64,000 nucleotides of DNA from NCBI GenBank assembly GCA_029780855.1, contig JAKOXV010000003.1, positions 162,357 through 226,356 of the forward strand, read 5' to 3'. The DNA comes from a bacterium. GTDB lineage: Bacteria; Patescibacteriota; Saccharimonadia; Saccharimonadales; JAUPVS01. The position numbers and the translations under genes were made by a program. The notes beneath the pieces were generated by a model. The model was given only the letters and a program-made list of their open reading frames with translations. It did not search any database and was not told where the DNA came from. This document shows, piece after piece, positions 35,232 through 45,453 of the stretch (within the stretch, counting starts at the first letter, position 1; each line of letters starts with the position of its first letter).

Positions 35232-37421
35232 ATGGGAGAAATCATTAACCCAAGTGGCAAACCAATTATTAAAGTAGAGACCGAGTTCTGCGGTCGACCC
35301 CTAAGCTTAGAAGTAGGCCGTGTAGGCTTCCGTTCCAGCGCATCTGTACTTGCGCGTTACGGCGATACGGTCGTACTTGGAACCGCTATGGTCAGCCCAA
35401 AGAGTGTCCAGGGCATGGATTATTTCCCGCTCAGCATCGATTACGAAGAAAAGATGTACGCAGCCGGAAAAATCAGTGGCTCACGATTTATTAAACGAGA
35501 AGGCCGTCCGAGCGATGAAGCCATTCTTATAGGCCGCTTGATCGACCGACCGATTCGACCACTCTGGCCAAAAGGCTACCGCCATGAAGTGCAGGGTATT
35601 GCTACGGTACTGAGCCTGGACCCGGACTTTCGTCCGGATATGATCGCTATGATTGCTATGAGTGCTGCCTTCATGCTTACCGGTGCGCCATTTGATGGCC
35701 CGGTTTCCGGTGTTCGAGTGGGCATGGACGGTGATGAGTTTAAAGCGTTCATGAGTTCTGAAGAACTAAAAAACGGCAAACTTGATCTCGTGGTGGCAGG
35801 AACAAAAGATGCCATCATGATGGTTGAAGCTGGTGCACAAGAAGTTAGCGAAGAAGTTATTGCCAAGGCTTTGCAGTTTGGCCATGACGCTATGCAGCCG
35901 GCGATTGCACTGCAAGAGGAGCTAGTGAAGAAGGTTGGTGTAACCAAGCAAGCGTATGAACTAACCCTTCCTGATGAAGACATTTTGCAGCGAGCAGAAA
36001 CATGGCTAGCCGGTAAGCTTGGAGCTGCCGTCAGAGCTGAGTACCCAGAGCGCAATGAGCTCCTTCAGAAGCTCCGTGAGGAAATGCACGCCCATTTTGA
36101 AACCGAGTTTGGAGATGATTACGCCGAAGTTAAAAATGACCATGACGAAGCCTTTACAATGGCCGTTCACAAAGACGTCCGCAAAGAAATTATTGCTACG
36201 AACTTGCGTCCGGATGGTCGTAAGCTAACGGAAATCCGCCCACTGTCCAGTGAGGTGAGTGTACTGCCTCGGGCACACGGCTCAAGTATCTTTACGAGAG
36301 GCGTTACGCAGGCGATGAATATCGTTACGCTGGCACCGCTGAGCTACGCACAGCTCGTCGATACCATGGAACACGAAGGTGAGCGCCGTTACCTTCATCA
36401 CTATAACGCTCCGGGTTGGACTGTCGGAGAGGTAAAGCGACTTGGTTCTCCGGGTCGGCGAGAAATCGGTCACGGCTATTTAGCAGAACGAGCTCTCACG
36501 CCGGTACTGCCTAGCGAAGAAGAGTTTCCCTACACGATTCGTTCGGTAACTGAAATCATGAGTCAGAACGGCTCAACAAGCATGGCAGCAACCTGCTCGA
36601 GCTGTATGGCGCTTATGGACGCTGGTGTACCGCTGAAGCGACCGGTAAGTGGTATTGCCATGGGTCTCATGATGGATGGCGATACGCCGTACATTTTGAG
36701 TGATATCGCTGATACTGAGGATTTTGCTGGCGATATGGACTTTAAGGTAACCGGTACTACAGAAGGTATCACCGCCTTGCAGATGGACATGAAAGTCCAC
36801 GGCTTGCCCGTTGAAATCCTAAAGAAGGCACTACTTCAGGGTAAAGAGGGTCGGGCACATATTTTGGAGCATATGCTCAGTGTCATAAAAGCTCCAAGTA
36901 AAGAAATGAGCCCCTACGCCCCCCGAGTTGAATCGATCAAAATCAATCCTGATAAGATCCGTGAAATCATTGGTAAGGGCGGTGAAACTATTCAAAAGAT
37001 TACCGCTGAGACCGGAGCCGAAATTGATATCAAAGATGACGGCCTGGTGATGATAGCTAGTCCGGATGGAGCCTCTATCGAAGCGGCCAAGAAATGGATC
37101 GCTGGTATCGTAGAAGAACCAGAAGTAGGTAAAATCTATACTGATGTTCCGGTGGTTAGCGTGATGGACTTTGGGGTATTCGTGCAGGTGCTGCCCGGTA
37201 AAGATGGCTTGGTGCACGTCTCGGAAATGTCCGAAGAGCGGGTAGAAAAACCAAGTGATGTGGTCAAAGAAGGCGACAAAGTCACTGTTAAACTGGTAGC
37301 CATTGACGACCGCGGTAGGCTGCAGCTAAGTATGAAGGCTGCTGCTCGCGAAGCGGGAAGCCCGTCGAAGACGCAGGCTGCTGCTCGCGAAGCGGGAAGC
37401 CCAAAGAAGACTAAAAAATAG
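35232..37421 (+). CDS. pnp: polyribonucleotide nucleotidyltransferase (PNPase)
   Basis: Two RNase PH domains plus KH and S1. Classic rpsO-pnp linkage. The C-terminus carries a duplicated AAAREAGSP unit. Confidence 0.96.
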   Translation: MGEIINPSGKPIIKVETEFCGRPLSLEVGRVGFRSSASVLARYGDTVVLGTAMVSPKSVQGMDYFPLSIDYEEKMYAAGKISGSRFIKREGRPSDEAILIGRLIDRPIRPLWPKGYRHEVQGIATVLSLDPDFRPDMIAMIAMSAAFMLTGAPFDGPVSGVRVGMDGDEFKAFMSSEELKNGKLDLVVAGTKDAIMMVEAGAQEVSEEVIAKALQFGHDAMQPAIALQEELVKKVGVTKQAYELTLPDEDILQRAETWLAGKLGAAVRAEYPERNELLQKLREEMHAHFETEFGDDYAEVKNDHDEAFTMAVHKDVRKEIIATNLRPDGRKLTEIRPLSSEVSVLPRAHGSSIFTRGVTQAMNIVTLAPLSYAQLVDTMEHEGERRYLHHYNAPGWTVGEVKRLGSPGRREIGHGYLAERALTPVLPSEEEFPYTIRSVTEIMSQNGSTSMAATCSSCMALMDAGVPLKRPVSGIAMGLMMDGDTPYILSDIADTEDFAGDMDFKVTGTTEGITALQMDMKVHGLPVEILKKALLQGKEGRAHILEHMLSVIKAPSKEMSPYAPRVESIKINPDKIREIIGKGGETIQKITAETGAEIDIKDDGLVMIASPDGASIEAAKKWIAGIVEEPEVGKIYTDVPVVSVMDFGVFVQVLPGKDGLVHVSEMSEERVEKPSDVVKEGDKVTVKLVAIDDRGRLQLSMKAAAREAGSPSKTQAAAREAGSPKKTKK
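37338..37415 (+). repeat. 2 x 39-nt direct tandem repeat at the pnp 3' end
   Basis: gctgctgctcgcgaagcgggaagccc... appears twice in tandem. Confidence 0.7.
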
Positions 37422-37433
37422 GGGGATAGGTAG

Positions 37434-37634
37434 GTGAAGTTTTTAAAAAAGCTCGATACGTGGCACAAAACTAGGGTAGGGCACGCGGTTTTTGGGCTTG
37501 TCGAGCTTGGCCTAGCCTACGGGTTAGGTTCCCGGGCGCTCGATACGGGCAGCTGGTGGGAGTACGGTCTGGCACTGTTGTTACTCATCGGTGGTGTACA
37601 AAATATCGTACGAATGGTCCGGAACAGGCAGTAG
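37434..37634 (+). CDS. small hydrophobic protein, 66 aa
   Basis: ORF with two predicted TM helices, tightly spaced between pnp and udg. Confidence 0.4.
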   Translation: MKFLKKLDTWHKTRVGHAVFGLVELGLAYGLGSRALDTGSWWEYGLALLLLIGGVQNIVRMVRNRQ

Positions 37635-37643
37635 CAGAGAGAT

Positions 37644-38219
37644 ATGAGCAAACAGGACCAACTTGCAGCATTACGTGCATCGATCATTAAAAATAAGGTA
37701 TGTCCCGATCTGGCTTCCCAGGCGACCCAAGTGGTGTTTGGTGATGGAAATCCCGATGCCGACATCGTATTTATTGGCGAAGCCCCGGGTAAGAACGAAG
37801 ATTTGCAGGGCCTCCCATTCGTGGGAGCTGCCGGGAGGTTCTTTGACGAAATGTTGGAGTCTATTCAACTCAAGCGAAAAGATATCTACATCACCAACAT
37901 TGTAAAATACCGGCCGCCAAACAATCGCGACCCGCTACCAGAAGAAAAAGAGGAGTTCTTACCATACCTGCGTGAGCAGTTGGACATAATCAACCCGAAA
38001 ATGATTGTCACCCTAGGCAGGCACAGCATGGAGTGCTTCCTGCCCGGGTTGAAAATCAGCCAAGTGCACGGCCAACCCAAACGAAAGAACGGTAAGGTGT
38101 ACCTACCGCTCTTTCACCCAGCCGCAGCACTGTATAACGGCGGTATGCGCCAGACGTTACTAGACGACTTTGCGCGCATTCCGGCGATTATCAAAAAAAT
38201 TACTATCGAATCCAAATAA
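37644..38219 (+). CDS. uracil-DNA glycosylase superfamily protein, family-4-like, lacking most Fe-S cysteine ligands
   Basis: GEAPGKNED motif and ITNIVKYRPP (the family-4 consensus is CRPP). Only one of the expected four Cys is present. Confidence 0.78.
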   Translation: MSKQDQLAALRASIIKNKVCPDLASQATQVVFGDGNPDADIVFIGEAPGKNEDLQGLPFVGAAGRFFDEMLESIQLKRKDIYITNIVKYRPPNNRDPLPEEKEEFLPYLREQLDIINPKMIVTLGRHSMECFLPGLKISQVHGQPKRKNGKVYLPLFHPAAALYNGGMRQTLLDDFARIPAIIKKITIESK

Positions 38220-38252
38220 TCTTTACTAAACCAAAAAAGGAGACAAGAACAT

Positions 38253-40328
38253 ATGGATAACAAACCAAAAAATACTAAGCCCAGAAATCCTCGCTCTAAC
38301 CAGAATAAACAGGGCGGAAACCGCGGTTCAAAAAAGCCAACCAGTATGACTGGCACGGCCCGTACTGTTAGCCGTGGAGCAGCCATCCGGGCCCAAAAAC
38401 GAAACATGGAAGACGCCAGCAAACTGATCAGTCAGTACGCGCCGGCTGCTTCTAAACACCTTGAAAAACCGGCTCGAAGGGCAAATAAGATTACTGATGT
38501 CTTTGACAAACTTCGTATCACCTTTTTGGGTGGCTTAGAAGATGTCGGTGAAAAGAATACCGCTGTCATCGAGTATCAGAATGACGCTATCGTGTTGGAC
38601 TGTGGCAACAATCTTGGCGTCGATCTGCCGGGTATCAACTATGAAATTGCCGATCCTTCATACTTAGAAACTATCAAGCATAAGATCAAAGGCTATGTTG
38701 TTACGCACGGGCACCTTGACCACATCGGCGGCCTAAAACATATTGTGCCCATGTTCCCAGCGCCAATTTATGGTTCACGATTCTCACTGGGAGTCGTAGA
38801 AAAAACGTTTGAAGATATGCCGCCGAATGCCGACCAGTTCAAACCAAAACTTATGGTCATGAACATGGAAAACCACGAACGACTTAAAATCGGGGTGTTT
38901 ACTATTGAGCTTATCCGTATTACTCACTCAATTCCAGAGGCTTCTTCGGTGTGTATCGATACGCCAGTGGGGCGTATTATCGCCACGGGCGACTTCCGTC
39001 TTGACCCAGAACCGCTTGATCACCATCCCAGTGATATTGAGCGGCTTAAGCAGCTCGGGGACGAAGGAGTATTACTCCTCCTGACGGAGAGTAGTTACTC
39101 TGATTCAGAAGGTCGGACGCCAACTGAACACACCTTGCAGCAGAGTTTTCATGATGTCATTGCGCAGTCCCAAGGGCGCATATTCTGTGCGGTTTTCTCC
39201 AGTAACATGAACCGTATTCAGATGATCGTCAACGCAGCCGTGGCAGCTGGAAGAAAAGTTGCCTTAGATGGGCGCAGCATGATGAGCTACGCTGAAATTG
39301 CCGTACGTCAAGGCATCCTTAAGGTTCCCAAAGGTACCTTTATGGCGATGCGTGACATTGCTAACATTCCTGACGAACAGATCTTAGTCATGGCCACCGG
39401 CGGCCAAGGTGAGCCTAATGCGGCGCTCCAAAAAATGAGTGAAGGTACTCACAAGTACATCAAACTCAAGCCAGGAGATACCGTAGTAGTGAGTTCCTCT
39501 CCGATTCCGGGCAACGAGGTGCGCTACGACATGATTGGTAACAATCTCGCTAAACTGGGAGTGCATATGTTCCGTCACCCAACCCACGAAATTGACGGCT
39601 GTGGACCGCTGCACGTTTCCGGGCACGCTCGCCGGGACGAAATGCGTGAAATGCTTCACATCATTCGGCCAAAATACGTAATTCCGGTGCATGCCGGCGC
39701 ACTGCGTCGCCGATACCACGCCGAACTGGCGATTGAAGAGGGTTGGAAGCGCGAAAACGCGTTGCTACGTAATAACGGTGATAGCTTATACTTTGACGCC
39801 GATGGCTACCAAGATGCTGGCCAGGTGCCACATGGTAGTCTACTCGTGGACCAAACTGGCGCAATTGTGAGTGGTGTCGTGGTTAAGGATCGTTTGATGC
39901 TTGCAGAAGAAGGTATTGTGGCCGTAATCCTAACCGTCGACCGCAAAAACGGAACACTCCTCACTAGCCCTGATATCATTAGTCGCGGGTTCATCCATAT
40001 GCGTGATTCAGAAGAGCTGATGAATGAGTTCCGAACCGAGTTGCGCCGTGCTGTTCAACAGCGGTTTAAGCGCATAGATCTTGATCGTTTCAAGCAAGAG
40101 CTAAAAGAGCACGTAACACACTTCTTGTTCGAGAAAACCGGTCGAGCTCCAATTGTTATTCCGGTGGTTAATGTAATCGGAAAGAATGGTGAGAAGCAAA
40201 ACAATGGTTCCGGTCAAAATCAGCCCAAGAACGAACAGAAAAACCCTCAGGATGAAGCCGCCGAACTACAACGACGTTACGCCGCAATGCGCCAGAAGCT
40301 ACTCAACCAAGATTCCAAAGGCGTATAG
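38253..40328 (+). CDS. rnj: ribonuclease J (metallo-beta-lactamase / beta-CASP) with basic N-terminal and Q/N-rich C-terminal extensions
   Basis: VTHGHLDHIGGL and beta-CASP motifs. 691 aa. Confidence 0.9.
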   Translation: MDNKPKNTKPRNPRSNQNKQGGNRGSKKPTSMTGTARTVSRGAAIRAQKRNMEDASKLISQYAPAASKHLEKPARRANKITDVFDKLRITFLGGLEDVGEKNTAVIEYQNDAIVLDCGNNLGVDLPGINYEIADPSYLETIKHKIKGYVVTHGHLDHIGGLKHIVPMFPAPIYGSRFSLGVVEKTFEDMPPNADQFKPKLMVMNMENHERLKIGVFTIELIRITHSIPEASSVCIDTPVGRIIATGDFRLDPEPLDHHPSDIERLKQLGDEGVLLLLTESSYSDSEGRTPTEHTLQQSFHDVIAQSQGRIFCAVFSSNMNRIQMIVNAAVAAGRKVALDGRSMMSYAEIAVRQGILKVPKGTFMAMRDIANIPDEQILVMATGGQGEPNAALQKMSEGTHKYIKLKPGDTVVVSSSPIPGNEVRYDMIGNNLAKLGVHMFRHPTHEIDGCGPLHVSGHARRDEMREMLHIIRPKYVIPVHAGALRRRYHAELAIEEGWKRENALLRNNGDSLYFDADGYQDAGQVPHGSLLVDQTGAIVSGVVVKDRLMLAEEGIVAVILTVDRKNGTLLTSPDIISRGFIHMRDSEELMNEFRTELRRAVQQRFKRIDLDRFKQELKEHVTHFLFEKTGRAPIVIPVVNVIGKNGEKQNNGSGQNQPKNEQKNPQDEAAELQRRYAAMRQKLLNQDSKGV

Positions 40329-40340
40329 AAGAGGACATAA

Positions 40341-40679
40341 ATGAGAGAGCTGCTTTCTGCACCACAAGCCTTAGCAGTGAGCTTGCGGGCGCGGGAGGTG
40401 TTGAAAAGTGCAAAGCAGACTGACCAGGAGGTGCAGTTTGTGAGCACAGAACTTGCCTGTGCCGAAGCCGTTGGCGGAGTACCTGCTTCAATCGGGGTAA
40501 TGGAGAACCTCGGTTTGATTACCGTAGGCTATGTGACGGAGCACGATAAACCGCTCTGTATGCTGATAATTCCCCCTGAGGCACCGGCTCGGGGGTATAT
40601 TGCTGCCCGGATACCGCCAGGTATGCTGGGTACTTTAGTGCTCCAGGACATGGAGGCGTTCCAAGCGCAAGCGGATTGA
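40341..40679 (+). CDS. hypothetical protein, 112 aa
   Basis: ORF only. Confidence 0.35.
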   Translation: MRELLSAPQALAVSLRAREVLKSAKQTDQEVQFVSTELACAEAVGGVPASIGVMENLGLITVGYVTEHDKPLCMLIIPPEAPARGYIAARIPPGMLGTLVLQDMEAFQAQAD

Positions 40680-40710
40680 CAAGTGATGTAAAAATTGCTA
40701 TAATAAGCCC

Positions 40711-41001
40711 ATGTCTAAATATGAAAACAAAAACACTATTCCCAAACATCTAACTGAATCAGACCGGACTACAACCCTTGTGCACGAAATACAGCGCCGA
40801 CCCGTTTCAAGTGCGGCACTAGGAAGGCTGGCTACTGAACATAGCAGTGAAGGGATAGACCAGTGGGTGCTGGAAGCACGTTTACGTGCAGAGGCTCAGG
40901 CTGAAATGGGGGACGATTCTCGGTACGCCAAAGAGCTCGCCGATTATGCTGAAGCAGCGGCCGACAAAACAGCGGCGCATCCTGTTATCCCAGAGGAATA
41001 G
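40711..41001 (+). CDS. hypothetical protein, 96 aa
   Basis: ORF only. Confidence 0.4.
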   Translation: MSKYENKNTIPKHLTESDRTTTLVHEIQRRPVSSAALGRLATEHSSEGIDQWVLEARLRAEAQAEMGDDSRYAKELADYAEAAADKTAAHPVIPEE

Positions 41002-41022
41002 TTGTTATAATAGAAAGTCGTT

Positions 41023-43260
41023 ATGGCTAAGAAAGCAAACAAAAAGAAGACCACCAGAAAGAGAAAAGTCGAACAGATCGAGGAGCGATCTCCGTTTTGG
41101 CCAATGGCTGGCGCTATTATTATGATTCTCTTGGCCCTCTTCTTGCTCCTTGGGGGGTTTGGCACCGGTGGGCCCCTGCCTAAGGGGCTGTTTCATGGAG
41201 CCTACTGGCTACTCGGTTGGGCCGCCTTCGTAGCGCCGATTGCCCTGGTCTACTTTGGTATTCATAAATTCATGAGTGAAGATAAGCAGATACCACTGAA
41301 TAAATTCGTGAGTATGCTTGGTGTGCTTTTGTTTGCGGCGGCCTGGCTGGATGTCGCGTTCGCTACTAAAGATGGAACAGGGGAGTATCTTGCGGGTCAC
41401 GGGGGCACCGCTGGTCATGTGATTGGCGGAGCGACGCTAAGCGTGCTCGACAAAGTCCCCGCAAGTATTTTGTTCTTTGTGTTCATGGTGCTCTCAGTAT
41501 TCTTTGCTTTCGCGATTTCGCCAGCCGTGATCCTGAAACTAGGTGATCTATTTGCAAAGAATGAGGCCGACACTGATCTGGCAGAGCTGAAAAGTAAGGC
41601 TCACGAGAGTAGCTTTAAGATGAATGAAGGTGTGCCGGTGGTGCATCACCGTGGCTCTACAGAAGAGAAGTCGGTCGCTCGTCTCAGTAGCTTCCGTAAT
41701 TCAGCTCAAAAATTAGCCCCAGCCGACAACCATGAGGCACTTACCACCACTAGTGATCCTGATTGGAAGTTCCCCTCAATTACGCTATTAAATCAGAAGC
41801 AAGATAAAGCCGATGCGGGTGATGTAGAGGGTAACGCTAAAGCTATAGAAGAATCATTCGGCAACTTTAATATTAATGTCGAGATGGAAGGGGCCAATAT
41901 CGGGCCCCGGGTAACCCAGTACACCCTTAAGCCACCCTCTGGTATTAAGCTCAGTAAAATTACCGCTCTGGAAAATAACCTGGCACTCGACCTAGCGGCA
42001 CATTCAATCCGTATTGAGGCACCTATTCCCGGCAAGCGAGCGGTAGGTATAGAGGTGCCAAACATTAAGCCGGCAACGGTACGTATTAGCAGTTTGTTGC
42101 AAGCTCACGAGTGGCAAGAGGTGAAGGGACCGCTTGGCTTTGTGATTGGTAAAGACATTGCCGGAACACCGATTGTCGGTGACCTTGCTAAAATGCCGCA
42201 CCTTCTCGTCGCTGGTCAAACAGGTTCAGGTAAGTCGGTTATGATCAATGACATTCTAACCAGTCTTCTGTACCGCAACAGTCCGAGTGATCTTAAGCTA
42301 ATCCTCGTTGACCCTAAGCAGGTAGAACTTACGCCATATAATGATATTCCGCATCTGTTAGCTCCCGTTATTAATGAACCGGAAAAGTGCATAAGTGCGC
42401 TGAAATGGGCGGTTGCCGAGATGGAACGACGCCTCAAGACAATGGCGGAAGTCGGTCGTCGAAATATTGAAGAGTATAACAACCTCAAAAAAGAAGAGGG
42501 TATGCCGTATATCGTCATCGTTATTGATGAGTTAGCTGACCTAATGATGGTAGCGGCTCGTGACGTAGAGTCATTAATCGTCCGTTTAGCGCAGAAAGCT
42601 CGTGCTGCTGGAATACACCTGGTACTAGCAACGCAGCGTCCATCAGTAGATGTGATTACAGGATTGATTAAAGCTAACGTTCCAGCGCGTATCGCGTTTA
42701 CAACGGCCAGTCAGGTTGATTCGCGTACCATTATTGACCAGATGGGTGCCGAGAAACTTCTGGGACGGGGTGATATGCTGCTGTTAACTGCCGACATGCC
42801 CAAGCCAAAACGTGTCCAAGCGGCGTTTATAGAAGACGATGAAACGCTCAAGGTAACACAGTTTATCCGCGACCAGCGTGAACCTAACTACGATGAAGAA
42901 GTCGTGAGCCAACCAGTCCAGCTGAATGGTAAGGGTGGTGTAGTGGCTGATTTTGGTGGTAGTGATGCTGATGACGATATGTTCAAAGACGCCGTAAAAG
43001 TTGTAGTGGATGGCCGTAAAGCGAGTACCAGCTTACTGCAGCGTCGTTTAAGAGTGGGGTATGCTCGCGCAGCCCGATTGATAGAAACGATGGAAGAGCA
43101 GGGGATTGTGGGGCCGGCAGATGGCTCACGGCCACGTGAAGTACTGGTAGGCTCTATGGACGAAGTATTTGGTGGTGCCGCTGGCTCAGACGAAGGCGGC
43201 GACGTCTACGACGAGATTGAGGTGGATGAAAATCCCAAAGACGAGTTCTTAGCGCGCTAA
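41023..43260 (+). CDS. ftsK: DNA translocase FtsK/SpoIIIE
   Basis: N-terminal TM segments, Walker A GQTGSGKSV, ATQRPS and a C-terminal gamma-like domain. Confidence 0.93.
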   Translation: MAKKANKKKTTRKRKVEQIEERSPFWPMAGAIIMILLALFLLLGGFGTGGPLPKGLFHGAYWLLGWAAFVAPIALVYFGIHKFMSEDKQIPLNKFVSMLGVLLFAAAWLDVAFATKDGTGEYLAGHGGTAGHVIGGATLSVLDKVPASILFFVFMVLSVFFAFAISPAVILKLGDLFAKNEADTDLAELKSKAHESSFKMNEGVPVVHHRGSTEEKSVARLSSFRNSAQKLAPADNHEALTTTSDPDWKFPSITLLNQKQDKADAGDVEGNAKAIEESFGNFNINVEMEGANIGPRVTQYTLKPPSGIKLSKITALENNLALDLAAHSIRIEAPIPGKRAVGIEVPNIKPATVRISSLLQAHEWQEVKGPLGFVIGKDIAGTPIVGDLAKMPHLLVAGQTGSGKSVMINDILTSLLYRNSPSDLKLILVDPKQVELTPYNDIPHLLAPVINEPEKCISALKWAVAEMERRLKTMAEVGRRNIEEYNNLKKEEGMPYIVIVIDELADLMMVAARDVESLIVRLAQKARAAGIHLVLATQRPSVDVITGLIKANVPARIAFTTASQVDSRTIIDQMGAEKLLGRGDMLLLTADMPKPKRVQAAFIEDDETLKVTQFIRDQREPNYDEEVVSQPVQLNGKGGVVADFGGSDADDDMFKDAVKVVVDGRKASTSLLQRRLRVGYARAARLIETMEEQGIVGPADGSRPREVLVGSMDEVFGGAAGSDEGGDVYDEIEVDENPKDEFLAR

Positions 43261-44039
43261 GCGGCAGCGAACTCCGGCGGCACGGCCGGAATAAAGCCCC
43301 CTCCTTTTATACGACTACTCAATGCTCTGACACTGAATAAGCGAGGATCCGGAATAAAACGATATTCTTGAGGGATTTCCTCTTGGGCTGAATCGGCGAT
43401 GTATCGCCAGCCCGCTAACTGTTCGTTCAGTTTACTCAACCAGTACTCGCGGTTCATGCGTACTTCTACATCAAAATCGCCTCTTGCCGATACGGGAGTG
43501 AGGCCTTCAAAACAGCCGTAGACGATTCGTGTGCCGTGCTTGTTTTCGTTGTAGTTCTTGCGGGCTTTATCGAGGTCAAATGCACTCTTGAGCAATATTT
43601 TGGCGCTCTCCCAGGCTTCGTTACGCTGTTTCATTACGTCGATTGCGGGTGGAGGTGCGGGTTGCATGACGGTTTCAATCCAGGAATGTATTACACGGGG
43701 GACGAACATTTTTTGTGGAGTCCCGTTCCGGAAGTCGTAGATGATATTCCTTTCAGCTTCCTCATGTCTATCAGCGTAGGCCCGCCACCACGCCTCACTC
43801 CAGTAAATATGATGTGCGTCGTCATCGTCCATACGCCTGCTAAAATCGGGTAATTCGTCAGGGTAGGTTCGTAGCGCAAGTTCAAGTATGGCGTCGGCAT
43901 CGGCGATACCACGAGAATCGAGAGGGGTAGCGAATGTATTGGTGCGGTAATCGTAAAGGCGTGCGAAGCGCTCCGGAAGGTCACGCTCAATACGCGCCTC
44001 CGCTTGCATCTTAGTTCCTAAACCCTTTTGTTTTTGCAC
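43257..44039 (-). CDS. hypothetical protein, 260 aa
   Basis: ORF convergent with ftsK (overlapping stops). No family recognised. Confidence 0.5.
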   Translation of the reverse strand: MQKQKGLGTKMQAEARIERDLPERFARLYDYRTNTFATPLDSRGIADADAILELALRTYPDELPDFSRRMDDDDAHHIYWSEAWWRAYADRHEEAERNIIYDFRNGTPQKMFVPRVIHSWIETVMQPAPPPAIDVMKQRNEAWESAKILLKSAFDLDKARKNYNENKHGTRIVYGCFEGLTPVSARGDFDVEVRMNREYWLSKLNEQLAGWRYIADSAQEEIPQEYRFIPDPRLFSVRALSSRIKGGGFIPAVPPEFAAA

Positions 44040-44112
44040 TCATGCTTATCAATATTTTGACGTATACTCCGTGGTCTGGTCAAAGGTAATTTATACACCA
44101 GTCTCGCATTCC

Positions 44113-44141
44113 TTGACTAACAGAGGTAAATAGCGTACAAT
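44113..44141 (+). promoter_or_regulatory. sigma-70 promoter for rpsF-ssb-rpsR (TTGACT, 17 nt, TACAAT)
   Basis: Read from sequence. Confidence 0.55.
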
Positions 44142-44214
44142 AGCCAAGTTATTAACTTCAGCTCATCACTATAGGTGGATGGGCTCGTAATGAACCAAAG
44201 GAAGGAGTTCTTAT

Positions 44215-44604
44215 ATGTCTCAGTACGAGATAGCAGTGTTGTATCACCCCGACTTAGAAGTCGACCTGACCAAGGCCGAAGAGCGGGTGACTAAGATCTT
44301 TACCGACAATGGCGGTAAAGTAACCAAGACCGACAATTGGGGCAAGCGGAAGCTCGCATACCCAATTAAGCGCAACGAGCACGCGGTGTACGTGTTTTAC
44401 ACCGTCGATATGCCCGGCGAAGGCGTAAAAAAGGTTGAAAGCACACTAAACATCACGGACGAGGTTATTCGCTACTTGATTGTGAAGCCTGACCTGAAGG
44501 CTATCGCCAAAGCCGAAGCTGCCAAAGCCGAAAAAGCCCAAAAAGCGGCTGAACGCGGCGATAAAGCAGACGACAGCGAAGATTCAGAAGATACCGAAGA
44601 ATAA
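44215..44604 (+). CDS. rpsF: 30S ribosomal protein S6
   Basis: S6 core plus acidic C-terminal tail. Confidence 0.92.
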   Translation: MSQYEIAVLYHPDLEVDLTKAEERVTKIFTDNGGKVTKTDNWGKRKLAYPIKRNEHAVYVFYTVDMPGEGVKKVESTLNITDEVIRYLIVKPDLKAIAKAEAAKAEKAQKAAERGDKADDSEDSEDTEE

Positions 44605-44688
44605 TTTGCCTCTCTGCAGCAAACGCAGTAAGGTAGAAACACAATAACGTTAAAATAAGACATAGATCTTATAAGGAGGGTAGCCACC

Positions 44689-45144
44689 ATGGCTCGAAGT
44701 TTTAACCAAGTTACTTTAATGGGGAACCTAACCCGTGATCCGGAACTCCGGCAAACGCCAAACGGCCAAAGTGTCTGCAGTTTTAGCCTGGCGCTAAACC
44801 GTAGCTACAAGGGTAGTGATGGCAACTGGCAGGAGGCAACGGATTACATCGATGTGGTTGCGTGGGGGCCGCTCGGCGAACGCGTTTCACAGTATCTTAC
44901 CAAAGGTCGTCCTGCACTCATAAGCGGTCGTTTACAGAGCCGTTCATGGGAGCAAGATGGTCAAAAGCGCAGTAAGGTTGAGGTTGTAGCACAGGATGTT
45001 ACATTCCTCGGCGGAAGAGGCGAAGGTGGGGACAATGGTGGTGGCAGCAGTGCTCCCGCACCAAGTAAAGCTTCTAAGAAAGACGATGTGGTAATTGAAG
45101 ATATCGGCGACGAGCCTATCAACCTCGACGACATCCCGTTTTAA
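44689..45144 (+). CDS. ssb: single-stranded DNA-binding protein
   Basis: OB-fold core, Gly-rich linker and acidic tip DDIPF. Confidence 0.93.
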   Translation: MARSFNQVTLMGNLTRDPELRQTPNGQSVCSFSLALNRSYKGSDGNWQEATDYIDVVAWGPLGERVSQYLTKGRPALISGRLQSRSWEQDGQKRSKVEVVAQDVTFLGGRGEGGDNGGGSSAPAPSKASKKDDVVIEDIGDEPINLDDIPF

Positions 45145-45151
45145 CAAATTA

Positions 45152-45170
45152 TTGACTCCAGTAGTCAATA
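45152..45170. other. perfect inverted repeat ATTGACT-ccagt-AGTCAAT after ssb
   Basis: Read from sequence. Possibly a weak terminator hairpin or an operator. Confidence 0.3.
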
Positions 45171-45233
45171 TTCGTTAAGCCCAAATCCATTCCGGCATAC
45201 AACCATCCGGACTAAGTATTTAAGAAAGGAATA

Positions 45234-45443
45234 TTGAACATGGCGAAGATTTTTAAACGACGAACTGATGTAGCCTATTTTGACTACAAAGATTTCAAGA
45301 CCTTACAGCGTTACGTAAACGTGTACGGTCAAATTGAAAGCCGCAAAAAGACTGGTCTTACCGAAAGTCAGCAACGACACCTAAGCGTAGCTATTAAGCG
45401 TGCTCGTCACCTCGCATTGCTACCATTCGTAGCCTCGAACTAG
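45234..45443 (+). CDS. rpsR: 30S ribosomal protein S18
   Basis: Typical S18 sequence. The start may be the second ATG at 45240. Confidence 0.92.
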   Translation: MNMAKIFKRRTDVAYFDYKDFKTLQRYVNVYGQIESRKKTGLTESQQRHLSVAIKRARHLALLPFVASN

Positions 45444-45453
45444 GAGCCGGGCA

